Source of the DNA: Candidatus Poribacteria bacterium
GTDB lineage: Bacteria; Poribacteria; WGA-4E; WGA-3G
DNA length: 64,000 nt
Assembly: GCA_022821065.1 (NCBI GenBank)
Contig: JAJEEK010000073.1
Span: forward strand, 8,575-72,574
Direction of reading: 5' to 3'
Shown: positions 9,845 to 19,190 of the stretch, piece after piece
How positions within the stretch are numbered: position 1 is the first letter of the stretch
Layout of the letters: the number at the start of each line of letters is the position of its first letter
Notes under the pieces: model-generated
The model's input: only the letters and a program-made list of their open reading frames with translations
Databases searched by the model: none
Told to the model about the DNA's origin: nothing
Program-made: the position numbers and the translations under genes

Positions 9845-10693
9845 ATGGTAAGTGTTGAACGTCCATCTGAAATCGGAACACCTCGATGGGAGGGACCACA
9901 ACAACGGCAACTCCCTTTCGCACTTGATACCGCTGAAGTTGAAGCATATCGTGAGCAAGGATTCCTTATTCTTCGGAATGTGTTTCAACCTGATGAGGTT
10001 GAGATTTACCGCCAAGAGGCAGAACGGGTCGTTGATCGCGCTTTTTCGCTGAGTCGTGAATTCCAACTTGAACCGAAATACAATCTCCGGTTTGAGATGT
10101 TAGCAAACGGTCAACCGTGGAAAATCGACCCGTTTGTCAGTATCTCGCCACTATTTTCCGCGCTTGCTCGCGACAGACGGATTATGGATCGGTTGGCATC
10201 GCTATATGATGGTTATGAAGCGGTGCTGTTCAAAGATAAGCTGATCTTCAAACCGCCGGAGAGCCACGGTAACGGACTCCATCAGGATTACAATTGGTGG
10301 CAAGGCTTCCCACACAGTCTCCTTACAGTTTCTGTCGCACTTGACGCAAGCACAAAAGAGAATGGATGCACGGAACTGTGGACAGGGCACCATCAGGGCT
10401 TTTTGCATGAATCCGGTTCGCTTGACAAAGGACAGATTGAGCGCAAACGCCTCGCAAACGAAGAACACGTCCATGTAGAGTTAGCACCGGGGGATATGGC
10501 GATTTTTACCTGTTTCACGCCACACGCGGCGGCACCGAATAAATCCAATAGTGATCGACGCATGTTGTTTCTGAGTTACAATGACAGCAGGGACGGCGAA
10601 CACTATACTTCGCACTACGAACATTTCCGCTGGTATCGGACGCGCCCGGACCGTACGCCAGAGGCGGAACGAGAGAAGTATTATTTTCTTTAA
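9845..10693 (+). CDS. Phytanoyl-CoA dioxygenase (PhyH) family protein
   Basis: LHQDY, ALDASTKENGC, TPH..APN.S..DRR; GAGGAGG RBS. Confidence 0.9.
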   Translation: MVSVERPSEIGTPRWEGPQQRQLPFALDTAEVEAYREQGFLILRNVFQPDEVEIYRQEAERVVDRAFSLSREFQLEPKYNLRFEMLANGQPWKIDPFVSISPLFSALARDRRIMDRLASLYDGYEAVLFKDKLIFKPPESHGNGLHQDYNWWQGFPHSLLTVSVALDASTKENGCTELWTGHHQGFLHESGSLDKGQIERKRLANEEHVHVELAPGDMAIFTCFTPHAAAPNKSNSDRRMLFLSYNDSRDGEHYTSHYEHFRWYRTRPDRTPEAEREKYYFL

Positions 10694-10777
10694 TCCCGAT
10701 TGACAGGTAAACAAGAATTTGGTATTATACTTGACGATATGAACTTCTGACGCTCTTAACGAAACGAGGACGTTTTG

Positions 10778-11605
10778 ATGCCAATTACGGATGCAATGCC
10801 GGAACTCAAGCGGAAACTCCAGTTTTTTCCGGTTGGAAACGAGAATCCATCAACACTAACACCTGCCCAAATTGAGCAATTCAATGAAAACGGGTTTATT
10901 TCACCGTTGGATGTCTTCTCTGAGGCAGAGATCGCTGAACACCGCGCCTATTTCGACCAACTTATGAAAAAGGCGTTGGCAGCGGGGATGAACAGTTACT
11001 CCATCAACGGATGGCACACTACCTGTACCGGTCTCCACGACCTTGTTACAGAAGACAGAATCTTGGATTATGTGCAAGACCTACTCGGTGAAACGCTGAT
11101 CTGTTGGGGGACACACTACTTCTGCAAGATGCCGGGTGATGTGAAGCAGGTGAGTTGGCATCAGGATGCCTCCTACTGGCCTCTGTCTCCAAGCAAAACT
11201 GTTACCGTATGGCTCGCTATCGATGATGCTGCTATTGAGAACGGTGCGATGACTGTTATTCCGAAATCGCATCTGCACGGTCAGATCGCATTTGAACGGA
11301 GTACCGCTGAGGAAAAGAACGTCCTCGGTCAGACGGTGCATGGCGCATCACAATACGGCGACGCGCCTTTTCCTTTTCAGATGAAAGCTGGACAGATGTC
11401 GTTGCATTCCGATCTGTTATTACACGGATCTGAACCGAACGCTTCGGATCGACGGCGTTGCGGGTTGACGATGCGGTTCGTGCCGCCGGATGTCCACGCC
11501 GCAAATAATTGGAACCAACGCGCCATCATCGCCAGAGGCAACGATCCGAGTGGACATTGGGTTCACAACCCCCGTCCAGTTGAAGATAACATTCCAGAGC
11601 GGTAG
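10778..11605 (+). CDS. Phytanoyl-CoA dioxygenase (PhyH) family protein
   Basis: WHQDASYW, WLAIDDA..ENGAM, LLHGS.PN.SDRRR. Confidence 0.9.
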   Translation: MPITDAMPELKRKLQFFPVGNENPSTLTPAQIEQFNENGFISPLDVFSEAEIAEHRAYFDQLMKKALAAGMNSYSINGWHTTCTGLHDLVTEDRILDYVQDLLGETLICWGTHYFCKMPGDVKQVSWHQDASYWPLSPSKTVTVWLAIDDAAIENGAMTVIPKSHLHGQIAFERSTAEEKNVLGQTVHGASQYGDAPFPFQMKAGQMSLHSDLLLHGSEPNASDRRRCGLTMRFVPPDVHAANNWNQRAIIARGNDPSGHWVHNPRPVEDNIPER

Positions 11606-11649
11606 ATAGATTTCTTGAAAAGTCGGTTCAAGAGGGTTAAATTTTACGT

Positions 11650-12924
11650 ATGATTCAACTGATTCTACAACTTGTTTCTGATTTTAAGTCACTATTTCCA
11701 CGACGACTTATTTACGCTGCGATTTCAATCAGTAGTGCTGCCGCTTTTGTGTTGTTCGGTTATGAGTTTATCCGTTCCGTGTCCTCGTCGCTGTTCATTG
11801 AGGCGTATAGCGCGGAAAACCTCCCACGCGGTATGATGGCGATCCCACCGAGTATGATCGTGATGTTGTACTGCTACGGTCGCCTGCTCTCGTGGCTGGG
11901 CGCGACGCGTGCTTTGGCGATAACCTCGCTTTTTTCTTGTATCTTGATCCTCGGATGCTATGCTGCGCTTCTCCGAGGAATGGATTTCGCAGCAGCGATC
12001 ATCTATGTGTTTCGTGAAGCGTATATCGTGATCGTCATTGAGCAGTTCTGGTCGTTCGTCAACAGCGTCCTGACGACTGAACAAGCGAAACGTATTAACG
12101 GTCCCTTCTGTGCCGTTGCGTCTATCGGTTCATTTGCCGGTGGTATGCTCGTGAGCAGATGGGCAACCGTATTAGGAACTGAGGCACTACTCCTTTTCAC
12201 AGCGGCATCTCTCGTACCGACAGCGGTTTTCGGCGTAATTGCTTATAGATTCGGTGGTGAACCGAAACCGAGCGAGGAAGAGGCTGGCGGAAGGCTTGGG
12301 CATCTCGGTATAGGGACACTCTTTCGCTCCAGATACCTGATTTTTATCGGCGTATTGATCTTAAGCACGCAGCTGGTCTCTACGGTGCTGGATCTCCGTT
12401 TCAATGGATTGGCGGAGGTGGAACTCCCCGATAAGGATACACGGACAGCATTTTTCGGTCTTGTGTACGGATATCTTGGACTTGCCGCGGGTATCTTGCA
12501 ACTGGTGGTTGTGCCGTTGGCACTCAGATTTGTCGCCTTACGCTATCTTCATCTCGGTATTCCGATTGTTCATCTCGTCAGCAGTTTTGCGTTGACGGTT
12601 TCTCCCTCACTTCGAAGTGGGACAGGTGCATACGTCATCTTTAAAGCCTTAGATTACTCGATTTTCCGGGCAGCGAAAGAATTGTTCTATATGCCGCTCT
12701 CTTATGATTCACGCTACCGCGCGAAACAGATCATCGATTCGTTCGGATACCGGTTCTCAAAGGGTGGTAGTGCGGGTGTGATTGAAATGGTAAGATTGGG
12801 TGTCAAAACGATTCCGGGGATTGCGTTCTCAATTACGGCTATGGTCGCAGCGATAGTATGGACACCCATCGCTTTCAGTTTGACGCGGGCATATGAAAAA
12901 TTAGTAAACACGGAAAAGCCGTAA
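11650..12924 (+). CDS. Npt1/Npt2 (TLC ATP/ADP translocase-like) nucleotide transporter
   Basis: Multi-TM; FIRSVSSSLF, QFWSFVN, QAKRI, DYSIFRAAKELFYMPL...RYRAKQIIDSFGYRF. Confidence 0.8.
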   Translation: MIQLILQLVSDFKSLFPRRLIYAAISISSAAAFVLFGYEFIRSVSSSLFIEAYSAENLPRGMMAIPPSMIVMLYCYGRLLSWLGATRALAITSLFSCILILGCYAALLRGMDFAAAIIYVFREAYIVIVIEQFWSFVNSVLTTEQAKRINGPFCAVASIGSFAGGMLVSRWATVLGTEALLLFTAASLVPTAVFGVIAYRFGGEPKPSEEEAGGRLGHLGIGTLFRSRYLIFIGVLILSTQLVSTVLDLRFNGLAEVELPDKDTRTAFFGLVYGYLGLAAGILQLVVVPLALRFVALRYLHLGIPIVHLVSSFALTVSPSLRSGTGAYVIFKALDYSIFRAAKELFYMPLSYDSRYRAKQIIDSFGYRFSKGGSAGVIEMVRLGVKTIPGIAFSITAMVAAIVWTPIAFSLTRAYEKLVNTEKP

Positions 12925-12960
12925 ACGTCGAGCAGATTAGAATCTGCGGGCAGTATTGAA

Positions 12961-13018
12961 GGAAGAAAACTGGAAGGATGGAAGAGTGGAATTGTTCTAT
13001 TCCATCCTTATTCTTTCC
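12961..13018. repeat. GGAAG-rich inverted repeat between convergent genes (possible bidirectional terminator)
   Basis: AAGGATGGAA...TTCCATCCTT. Confidence 0.5.
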
Positions 13019-13034
13019 AAAGCGCACTGTTTAG

Positions 13035-14018
13035 TCAAATCTCATAACGGACGAGCTTCCGTGCTGCGTCAGTGATCTGATCCGCGTTCGGAATAACGAA
13101 ATTCTCCATCACTGGCGCGAAGGGAACAGGCACCGGCATCGCTGCGACGCGCTCAATCGGTGCATCGAGATAATCGAACGCCTCGCGCACCACAAGTGCT
13201 GCAATCTCCGCGCCAAACCCTGCCCGACCAACTGCTTCGTGTGCAATGAGCAACCGATTCGTCTTTTTCACGGAATCAAGAATGCTGTCCTTATCAAGCG
13301 GCATCAGCGTTCTCGGATCAACGACTTCAGCAGAGATGCCTTCGTCGGCAAGCGTATCTGCGGCAATAAGCGCGTTCAGAACCATCCGTGAAGTCGCGAG
13401 AATCGTGATGTCCTCACCTTCACGTTTGACATCCGCCACACCCAACGGGATTGTATACTCTTCGTCAGGTATTTCTCCCTCTTCTGTGTAGAGAAGTTTA
13501 TGTTCGATGAACATAATCGGGTTGTCGTCTCGGATGGCTGTTTTCAGTAATCCTTTTGCGTCGTAGGGAGTAGACGGCATCACGACGAGCAGCCCTGGAA
13601 TATGCACGAACCACGCTTCGAGGCTCTGCGCGTGCTGTGCTGCAGAGGATCGACCGGCACCACCCTGCGTCCGAATCACGAGCGGTACATCCAGCTGCCC
13701 GCCGACCATATAACGAATCTTCGCGACCTGGTTCACGATCTGGTCCATACCGACCGCTGTGAAATCAATGTACATCAGTTCGGCGACCGGACGCATCCCT
13801 GTGACCGCTGCACCGAGTGCTGTGCCGATGATCGCGGCTTCCGAGATCGGTGTATTTCGTATGCGATCTTTCCCGAAGTCTTTGAATAACCCGTCTGTTA
13901 CTTTATAAGCACCACCGTACTCGGCGATGTCTTCACCCATCAGAAAGACCGCGTCGTCGCGTTCCATCTCTTCTGCTAACGCTTCTTTGAGCGCGTCGCG
14001 ATACGTAATCGTCTTCAT
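13035..14018 (-). CDS. Alpha-ketoacid/acetoin dehydrogenase E1 beta subunit
   Basis: MGEDIAEYGG, NTPISE, GMRPVAELM, AQHAQS, PYDAKGLL, FDYLDAPI. Confidence 0.92.
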   Translation of the reverse strand: MKTITYRDALKEALAEEMERDDAVFLMGEDIAEYGGAYKVTDGLFKDFGKDRIRNTPISEAAIIGTALGAAVTGMRPVAELMYIDFTAVGMDQIVNQVAKIRYMVGGQLDVPLVIRTQGGAGRSSAAQHAQSLEAWFVHIPGLLVVMPSTPYDAKGLLKTAIRDDNPIMFIEHKLLYTEEGEIPDEEYTIPLGVADVKREGEDITILATSRMVLNALIAADTLADEGISAEVVDPRTLMPLDKDSILDSVKKTNRLLIAHEAVGRAGFGAEIAALVVREAFDYLDAPIERVAAMPVPVPFAPVMENFVIPNADQITDAARKLVRYEI

Positions 14019-14030
14019 CTTTTTAATTTA

Positions 14031-14158
14031 CCTTGCGGTTCGGTGAGGTGCGTTGAATAACCAACGTTCCTCTCCGTAAATCCGCCCTCCATTCTGCGGC
14101 GTACTTGAAGAAACGCCCAAGCAAAAACCCCATAAGCGATCTGCTTCATTACGGGCTA
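14031..14158. repeat. REP-like family C copy interrupted by a family B insert
   Basis: CCTTGCGGTTCGGTGAGGTG...CCGCCCTCCA[52 nt]CTTCATTACGGGCTA; matches reverse complement of 59696-59760. Confidence 0.75.
14092..14143 (+). mobile_element. ~53-nt family B mini-element, copy 1
   Basis: TGCGGCGTACTTGAAGAAAC...AGCAAAAACCCC core shared with 14216 and 45002. Confidence 0.75.
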
Positions 14159-14173
14159 AGGTTTAGGTTTAAT

Positions 14174-14346
14174 AGGACTTACCCATGATGCGCTTTCGTA
14201 CCACAAACTTCCAGTTTTGCGGCGTACTTGAAGAAACACCCCAGCAAAAACCCCAGATGCGAAGTGCATCGTGCCACAAAAACGCTGTGTTTTCCGAAAA
14301 ATTTCATCTAACACAACCGCCTACAGTCAAAAATTGCGTCCGCCCT
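14174..14346. mobile_element. Family A MITE copy (degenerate TIRs) carrying a nested family B insert
   Basis: AGGACTTACCCA...TGCGTCCGCCCT; 173 bp = 120 + 53. Confidence 0.8.
14216..14268 (+). mobile_element. ~53-nt family B mini-element, copy 2
   Basis: TGCGGCGTACTTGAAGAAACACCCCAGCAAAAACCCCAGATGCGAAGTGCA. Confidence 0.75.
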
Positions 14347-14358
14347 GTCTAAAAATCT

Positions 14359-15705
14359 TTACAACGCCTTTTCTGCCTTCAGCCACTCAAGCGTCTGTGT
14401 AAACGCTGCGACCGTTTCCGTGATGTCGTCGTCTGTATGCGCCGCTGTTGTCATTCCACCGTTGTTAGCAAGGTCAACACCGTTCAGCAACAACCCACAT
14501 CGGAGACGTTCCTGCATATCTGGATCGCTATTGCCTTTCAGTTTCCGATAATCCCATGTATACGGATCGAAATCGGAGGCACGAACATCCTTTTCGCCGT
14601 GTCCAATGAGCAGTCGAATCCCCGAAAATTCGCCGTAAACCACCCAGTCGAGTCTGTAATCGTCAATAATGCTGTTCAATTCTGTGCGAAGTCGGTCTGC
14701 TGTCCGATGTGCTTGTTTGTGGGGTTCACCTGTCTTGACGATGTTGAGCATCGCGATTCCTGCAGCGGCAGAGAGCGGATTCGCGTTGAAAGTGCCGGGA
14801 TGTGGCATTTTCAAACCGTCTGGTTCCGATTTCATTGAGATGAGTTCAAGAATCTCCGTTTTACCGACAAGTGCACCACCAGGGAGTCCGCCTGCCAAAA
14901 TCTTCGCGAGTGTCGTCATATCCGGTGTAACGTCGTAATGCGCTTGCGCGCCGCCCGGTGACACTCGGAACCCTGTAATCACTTCGTCGAAGATCAACAG
15001 AACGCCGTGCGCTTCTGTCAGTTCACGGAGCTGCTTTAAGAACGTTCCGTTTGTCGGGACGATACCGAAAGAGGCACCCGTCGGTTCGAGGATAACACAC
15101 GCGATGTCTTTATCCGTTTTCAATAACGTTTCAACAGCATCAATATCGTTCGGTGGACATAACAGCGTTGTGTCTCGTACCTCTTGTGGAATGCCGGGGA
15201 CACTCATATCGAAAGGTGGATATGCCCCTAAGATGAGGCTATCGTGCCAACCGTGGAAATGTCCCGTGAATTTCAACACTTTATTTTTACCGGTGTAGGT
15301 GCGAGCGAGGCGGATCGCCATCAACGTCGCTTCCGTACCGGAACTGACGAACCGAATACGCTCTGCTGACGGTATCAGCTGTGTCACGAGCGAACCCCAT
15401 TTCAGTTCCAACGGGTGGCATGCACCATAGTGTGTGCCGCGGTGCATCTGCGTCGTTACCGCTTCCACAACTTCCGGTGGATTATGTCCGAGGAGCAGCG
15501 CACCGTGTCCTGCCCAATAGTCGATGAATTCTTTACCGTCAAGCCCCCATTTTTTTGACCCGTCAGCACGCGTGATATAGATCGGAAAGGGAGACATATA
15601 TCGACCGTCGTGCGTTACACCGTCCGGAAACAGGCGGTTCGCTGTCTGCGCCATTTCTCTATCTTTTGCGAAAGTTTTTTGATAACGTTCTAAAATGGTG
15701 TGCAT
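14359..15705 (-). CDS. Class III PLP aminotransferase (glutamate-1-semialdehyde aminomutase-like)
   Basis: SSGTEAT, GHFHGWHD, LIFDEVITGFR, TLAKILAGGLP, GTFNANP. Confidence 0.88.
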   Translation of the reverse strand: MHTILERYQKTFAKDREMAQTANRLFPDGVTHDGRYMSPFPIYITRADGSKKWGLDGKEFIDYWAGHGALLLGHNPPEVVEAVTTQMHRGTHYGACHPLELKWGSLVTQLIPSAERIRFVSSGTEATLMAIRLARTYTGKNKVLKFTGHFHGWHDSLILGAYPPFDMSVPGIPQEVRDTTLLCPPNDIDAVETLLKTDKDIACVILEPTGASFGIVPTNGTFLKQLRELTEAHGVLLIFDEVITGFRVSPGGAQAHYDVTPDMTTLAKILAGGLPGGALVGKTEILELISMKSEPDGLKMPHPGTFNANPLSAAAGIAMLNIVKTGEPHKQAHRTADRLRTELNSIIDDYRLDWVVYGEFSGIRLLIGHGEKDVRASDFDPYTWDYRKLKGNSDPDMQERLRCGLLLNGVDLANNGGMTTAAHTDDDITETVAAFTQTLEWLKAEKAL

Positions 15706-16010
15706 CTTTTCGCCTCGTTTTTTCAGGTATTTGTGAATCATTATAGCATATTTCCGTTTTATATGCGAAATGAATTTTTCAACAGAAGTATTCAGCTTTC
15801 CTGCTTTTCAATTTTATGCAAAGCATCACGACCAAGTTGTCGCTCAGACAGTGAAATCCCCTCAAGCAGAAGATCAAAATATTGGAGAATTGATGCCTTT
15901 GTAAATGAAGAAATTTCCGTTGACACGTCCATATAAATAGTGTATACTCTATCAATATTGATTATTGGCCATAAGAGGAACACTATTCGTTATAGGTATG
16001 GAGAAGTTTG

Positions 16011-16883
16011 ATGTCTACCGATAGTCCAATGGCAGATCGCAATTTTTTAGATCCTATTTTCAAAGAGGTAATGACGTTTAACTTTGCTCAACTTGCCTTA
16101 CCTGTTGAAACGCAAGTGGAAATCAGTCGACTTCCTCGGACGATGGACGCTCTTGTTGTTCTTGAGCAGACCGCTGAACGGGAAAAGGTTCGTGTGCAAA
16201 CAGCGTTCAATTATTTTCGAGTCTACAATCAGATCGAATTCAAGGCAAAAAATGACCCACTAACACGGGATGAGTATAACTTTATCCGAGGACGCAGTTA
16301 CCTTTATCTCGGTGAAAAGCAGATATCTGCGTCTTTAATGACGATTACGATCATTTCCGCTCGACAACCGAGGAACGTTCTCTATCACTCCTCTCTTGAT
16401 GTGAAATGGGAATCCGAGGGCATAGGACATTACAAAAGCACAGATATCTTTCCGGTTCACCTATTTGTGTGCAACGAACTTGAACTCACTAAGAAAAATT
16501 ACCCGCTTCTTTTGTTTGCAACATCAAAAGAGAAGTTTCGCCAGTTTGTTGAACGTATTATAGGCGAGGACAATTTAACCTACATTTACTACGCGTCCCG
16601 TGTTGAACCGAAGATCACAAAGGAGATTTTAAAAATGGCTGGAAAACAGAGCTTATATGAAAAACAGCTTCGACGAATTATTGATAGCATGGGGGAAGAT
16701 CTATTAGAAAAAATGACCCCAGAAGAACGCGTGCGTGGCTTGACAGTTTCTGAACGTGTGCGTGGCTTGACAGTTTCTGAAATGTTAGCAGGACTTGACA
16801 TAGAAGATTTACGCGCATTGGATCCCGAAGAAAAAGCAGCACTCCTACAAGTGTTGGATCAACCAGACAAAACACAGAACTAA
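16011..16883 (+). CDS. Hypothetical protein, PD-(D/E)xK/Rpn-like, with C-terminal ERVRGLT repeats
   Basis: LPRTMDAL...QIEFK nuclease-like motif; C-terminal TPEERVRGLTVSERVRGL. Confidence 0.6.
   Translation: MSTDSPMADRNFLDPIFKEVMTFNFAQLALPVETQVEISRLPRTMDALVVLEQTAEREKVRVQTAFNYFRVYNQIEFKAKNDPLTRDEYNFIRGRSYLYLGEKQISASLMTITIISARQPRNVLYHSSLDVKWESEGIGHYKSTDIFPVHLFVCNELELTKKNYPLLLFATSKEKFRQFVERIIGEDNLTYIYYASRVEPKITKEILKMAGKQSLYEKQLRRIIDSMGEDLLEKMTPEERVRGLTVSERVRGLTVSEMLAGLDIEDLRALDPEEKAALLQVLDQPDKTQN
16723..16779 (+). repeat. 27-bp in-frame tandem repeat (2 copies)
   Basis: GAACG(C/T)GTGCGTGGCTTGACAGTTTCT x2. Confidence 0.8.
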
Positions 16884-16920
16884 ACAAGACGTATGTAAGA
16901 TAAACGTGAAGGAGCGTTTC

Positions 16921-18126
16921 ATGAAACAGATAGAAGGCGGAATTACCGCTGTTTCGGGTGTCCGGGCAGCGGGTATTCATGCCGGTATTAAAGCAGCGGA
17001 AGCGAAAGACGTGGCACTCATCGTTACGGATACACCAGCGACTGCTGCCGGAGTTTTCACTAAGAATAGCGTTACCGCCGCACCTGTCATCGTCTGTCGC
17101 GAGCATCTCAAAGCTGGTCAAGCGCAAGCCGTTATCATCAATAGTGGGAACGCCAACGCCTGCACCGGTGAGGTCGGCATGGCAAATGCACGACGGATGG
17201 CTGCCGCAACAGCAGAACAACTCGGCATAGACGCAACCCTCGTCTGTGTCTCTTCTACCGGTGTTATCGGACAGCAGTTGCCGATGGACAACGTCGAAAA
17301 CGGAATTCAAGCCGCCGCACGCGCACTGAACACCGAAGGTGGAAGCGATGCAGCCGAAGCGATTATGACAACCGATACGCATCCGAAGTCTGTTGCTGTA
17401 GAAATTGAGATCGGCGGTGCCTCTGTGAAGATCGGCGGGATTGCCAAGGGTTCCGGCATGATCGCACCAAATATGGCTACAATGCTCTCCTATCTGACAA
17501 CGGATGCTAAGATCAACGCTGAAACGCTTCAGGCTGCGCTCAGCCGTGTTGTAGATGACACCTATAACCTCTTAACCGTCGATACAGATCGCAGCACCAA
17601 TGATACAGTGTTGATTTTGGCGACTGGACATGCAAGTAACGCCGAAATTGTTACATCGGCTGGTAAAGATTACGAGGCGTTTTGTGAAGGACTTCAGTTC
17701 GTCTGCACCGAACTAGTAAAGATGCTCGCCCGCGATGGCGAAGGCGCGACGAAACTTGTTGAGGTGGTCGTTAAGGGCGCGGAAAATCGCGACGATGCGG
17801 AGAAAGCAGCACGTGCTGTTGCGGAGTCGCCACTCGTTAAAACCGCTGTGTTCGCCAACGATGCAAACTGGGGACGGATCATGATGGCGATCGGGAAATC
17901 AGGGGCGGAGTTCGATCCGTATCAAGTCGATGTCTATCTCGCCGATTATCAACTCGTCAAAGGAGGGATGGATGCCGGTTACGATGAAGATGAGGCGACC
18001 ACTCTGTTCGCACAAGATCCGGTCCGTATTACGATTGATCTCGCTGCGGGGGACACAGAAATAACGATGTGGACCTGCGATTACTCCTACGATTATATCC
18101 GAATCAATGCAGATTATCGGACATAA
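16921..18126 (+). CDS. argJ: Ornithine acetyltransferase ArgJ
   Basis: NSGNANACTG, AIMTTDT, KGSGMIAPNMATML, STNDTV, DGEGATK, NWGRI, INADYRT. Confidence 0.96.
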   Translation: MKQIEGGITAVSGVRAAGIHAGIKAAEAKDVALIVTDTPATAAGVFTKNSVTAAPVIVCREHLKAGQAQAVIINSGNANACTGEVGMANARRMAAATAEQLGIDATLVCVSSTGVIGQQLPMDNVENGIQAAARALNTEGGSDAAEAIMTTDTHPKSVAVEIEIGGASVKIGGIAKGSGMIAPNMATMLSYLTTDAKINAETLQAALSRVVDDTYNLLTVDTDRSTNDTVLILATGHASNAEIVTSAGKDYEAFCEGLQFVCTELVKMLARDGEGATKLVEVVVKGAENRDDAEKAARAVAESPLVKTAVFANDANWGRIMMAIGKSGAEFDPYQVDVYLADYQLVKGGMDAGYDEDEATTLFAQDPVRITIDLAAGDTEITMWTCDYSYDYIRINADYRT

Positions 18127-18153
18127 CCTTTATAAATAAGGATACCAAATACA

Positions 18154-18567
18154 ATGCGACACACAGCCGAAATCAAACTCGTAAATCTACAAGATTTACA
18201 TGCCGTAAGATTAGGTGTGAGGAAATCGAACGAAGTGCGGCAACTCACCGTTGCGGATGCGCTCGTTGATACTGGCGCGACACGTCTCTGCTTGCCAACG
18301 TCACTTATTGAACGACTCGGTCTCACACCTGTCAGCAAAAGGACTGCGCGGACCGCTGCCGGCATCGTGGAACGCACCGTCTATTCTGAGGTCGAATATA
18401 CGCTTTTAGAACGGAGCAGCACCATCCGGGTAACCAATCTACCTGAAGGCGCACCAGTGCTCATTGGGCACATGGTATTGGAAGAATTAGACCTCTGCGT
18501 TGATATGAAAAAAGGATTGATCTACAACCCCGCACACGGCGATGATTGGATCGAAGAACAACTCTAA
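18154..18567 (+). CDS. Clan AA aspartyl protease
   Basis: ALVDTGAT catalytic motif; VLIG..VLEELDL. Confidence 0.85.
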   Translation: MRHTAEIKLVNLQDLHAVRLGVRKSNEVRQLTVADALVDTGATRLCLPTSLIERLGLTPVSKRTARTAAGIVERTVYSEVEYTLLERSSTIRVTNLPEGAPVLIGHMVLEELDLCVDMKKGLIYNPAHGDDWIEEQL

Positions 18568-18631
18568 GCAGGTTGAACAATATAGAACGGAACAGAAAAC
18601 TCGGTCGGTTTCGACGGTGTCCCAAATTTTT

Positions 18632-18703
18632 TGACAAAAATTCAAATTTCTGCTATTCTAATGGAAAATTAATTTGACATTTAAAAGCAAATGTATTAAA
18701 CTA
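18632..18703 (+). promoter_or_regulatory. Tandem sigma70 promoters of the tRNA operon
   Basis: TTGACA...TATTCT and TTGACA...TAAACT. Confidence 0.6.
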
Positions 18704-18751
18704 TATATGCTTTTGAAGGTGTAGAAGGTTTTCTACACGGAAGTACAGGAT

Positions 18752-18826
18752 GCGGGAGTAGCTCAGTGGTAGAGCTCCACCTTGCCAAGGTGGAAGTCGC
18801 GAGTTCAAATCTCGTCTCCCGCTCCA
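18752..18826 (+). tRNA. tRNA-Gly(GCC)
   Basis: GCGGGAG acceptor, TTGCCAA anticodon loop, GTTCAAATC T-loop, 3' CCA. Confidence 0.96.
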
Positions 18827-18835
18827 TCTCTTTTT

Positions 18836-18910
18836 GGTGGCGTAGCCAAGTGGTAAGGCCAGGGCCTGCAAAGCTCTTATTCGTCGGTTCGATTCCGACC
18901 GCCACCTCCA
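18836..18910 (+). tRNA. tRNA-Cys(GCA)
   Basis: GGTGGCG acceptor, CTGCAAA loop, GTTCGATTC, 3' CCA. Confidence 0.95.
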
Positions 18911-18925
18911 TTATCTCTCCGAAAC

Positions 18926-18999
18926 GGGTGGTTAGCTCAGGTGGCTAGAGCGTTTGCTTGACATGCAAGAGGTCACAGGTTCAAGTCCTGTACCACCCA
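18926..18999 (+). tRNA. tRNA-Val(GAC), CCA not encoded
   Basis: GGGTGGT acceptor, TTGACAT loop, GTTCAAGTC. Confidence 0.93.
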
Positions 19000-19190
19000 T
19001 CCTTCCAAAATTCTGACCCTGAACGACAAAAACGTAGCGGATTTGATGCTGTGTTTTTTTAATTGGCATTTCCATTCGTATATCGTGTACAATTATTTCG
19101 TAAACGGTGTAGGAAAAAAGACGTTAAGTCTATTAAGACCAATTTTGAAGCCCACACGAATCGACACATAATATGTGAGAGTGAACCGCA

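Noticed and set aside
13035-14018. E1-beta without an adjacent E1-alpha as a novel system
   Set aside because: Dispersed operons appear common in this window; the partner is probably elsewhere
15792-15983. 63-aa ORF in an AT-rich gap
   Set aside because: No recognisable motif or RBS; cannot support it as a gene
16678-17382. 234-aa antisense ORF, and similar long antisense ORFs at 20175-20759, 29907-30590 and 58626-59156
   Set aside because: These are shadows of well-supported genes on the opposite strand
18696-18948. ORFs 18696-18911 and 18766-18948
   Set aside because: They overlap tRNA genes and are spurious
18926-19190. tRNA-Val 3' end as an integration site
   Set aside because: No integrase and no duplicated tRNA 3' end seen in the window
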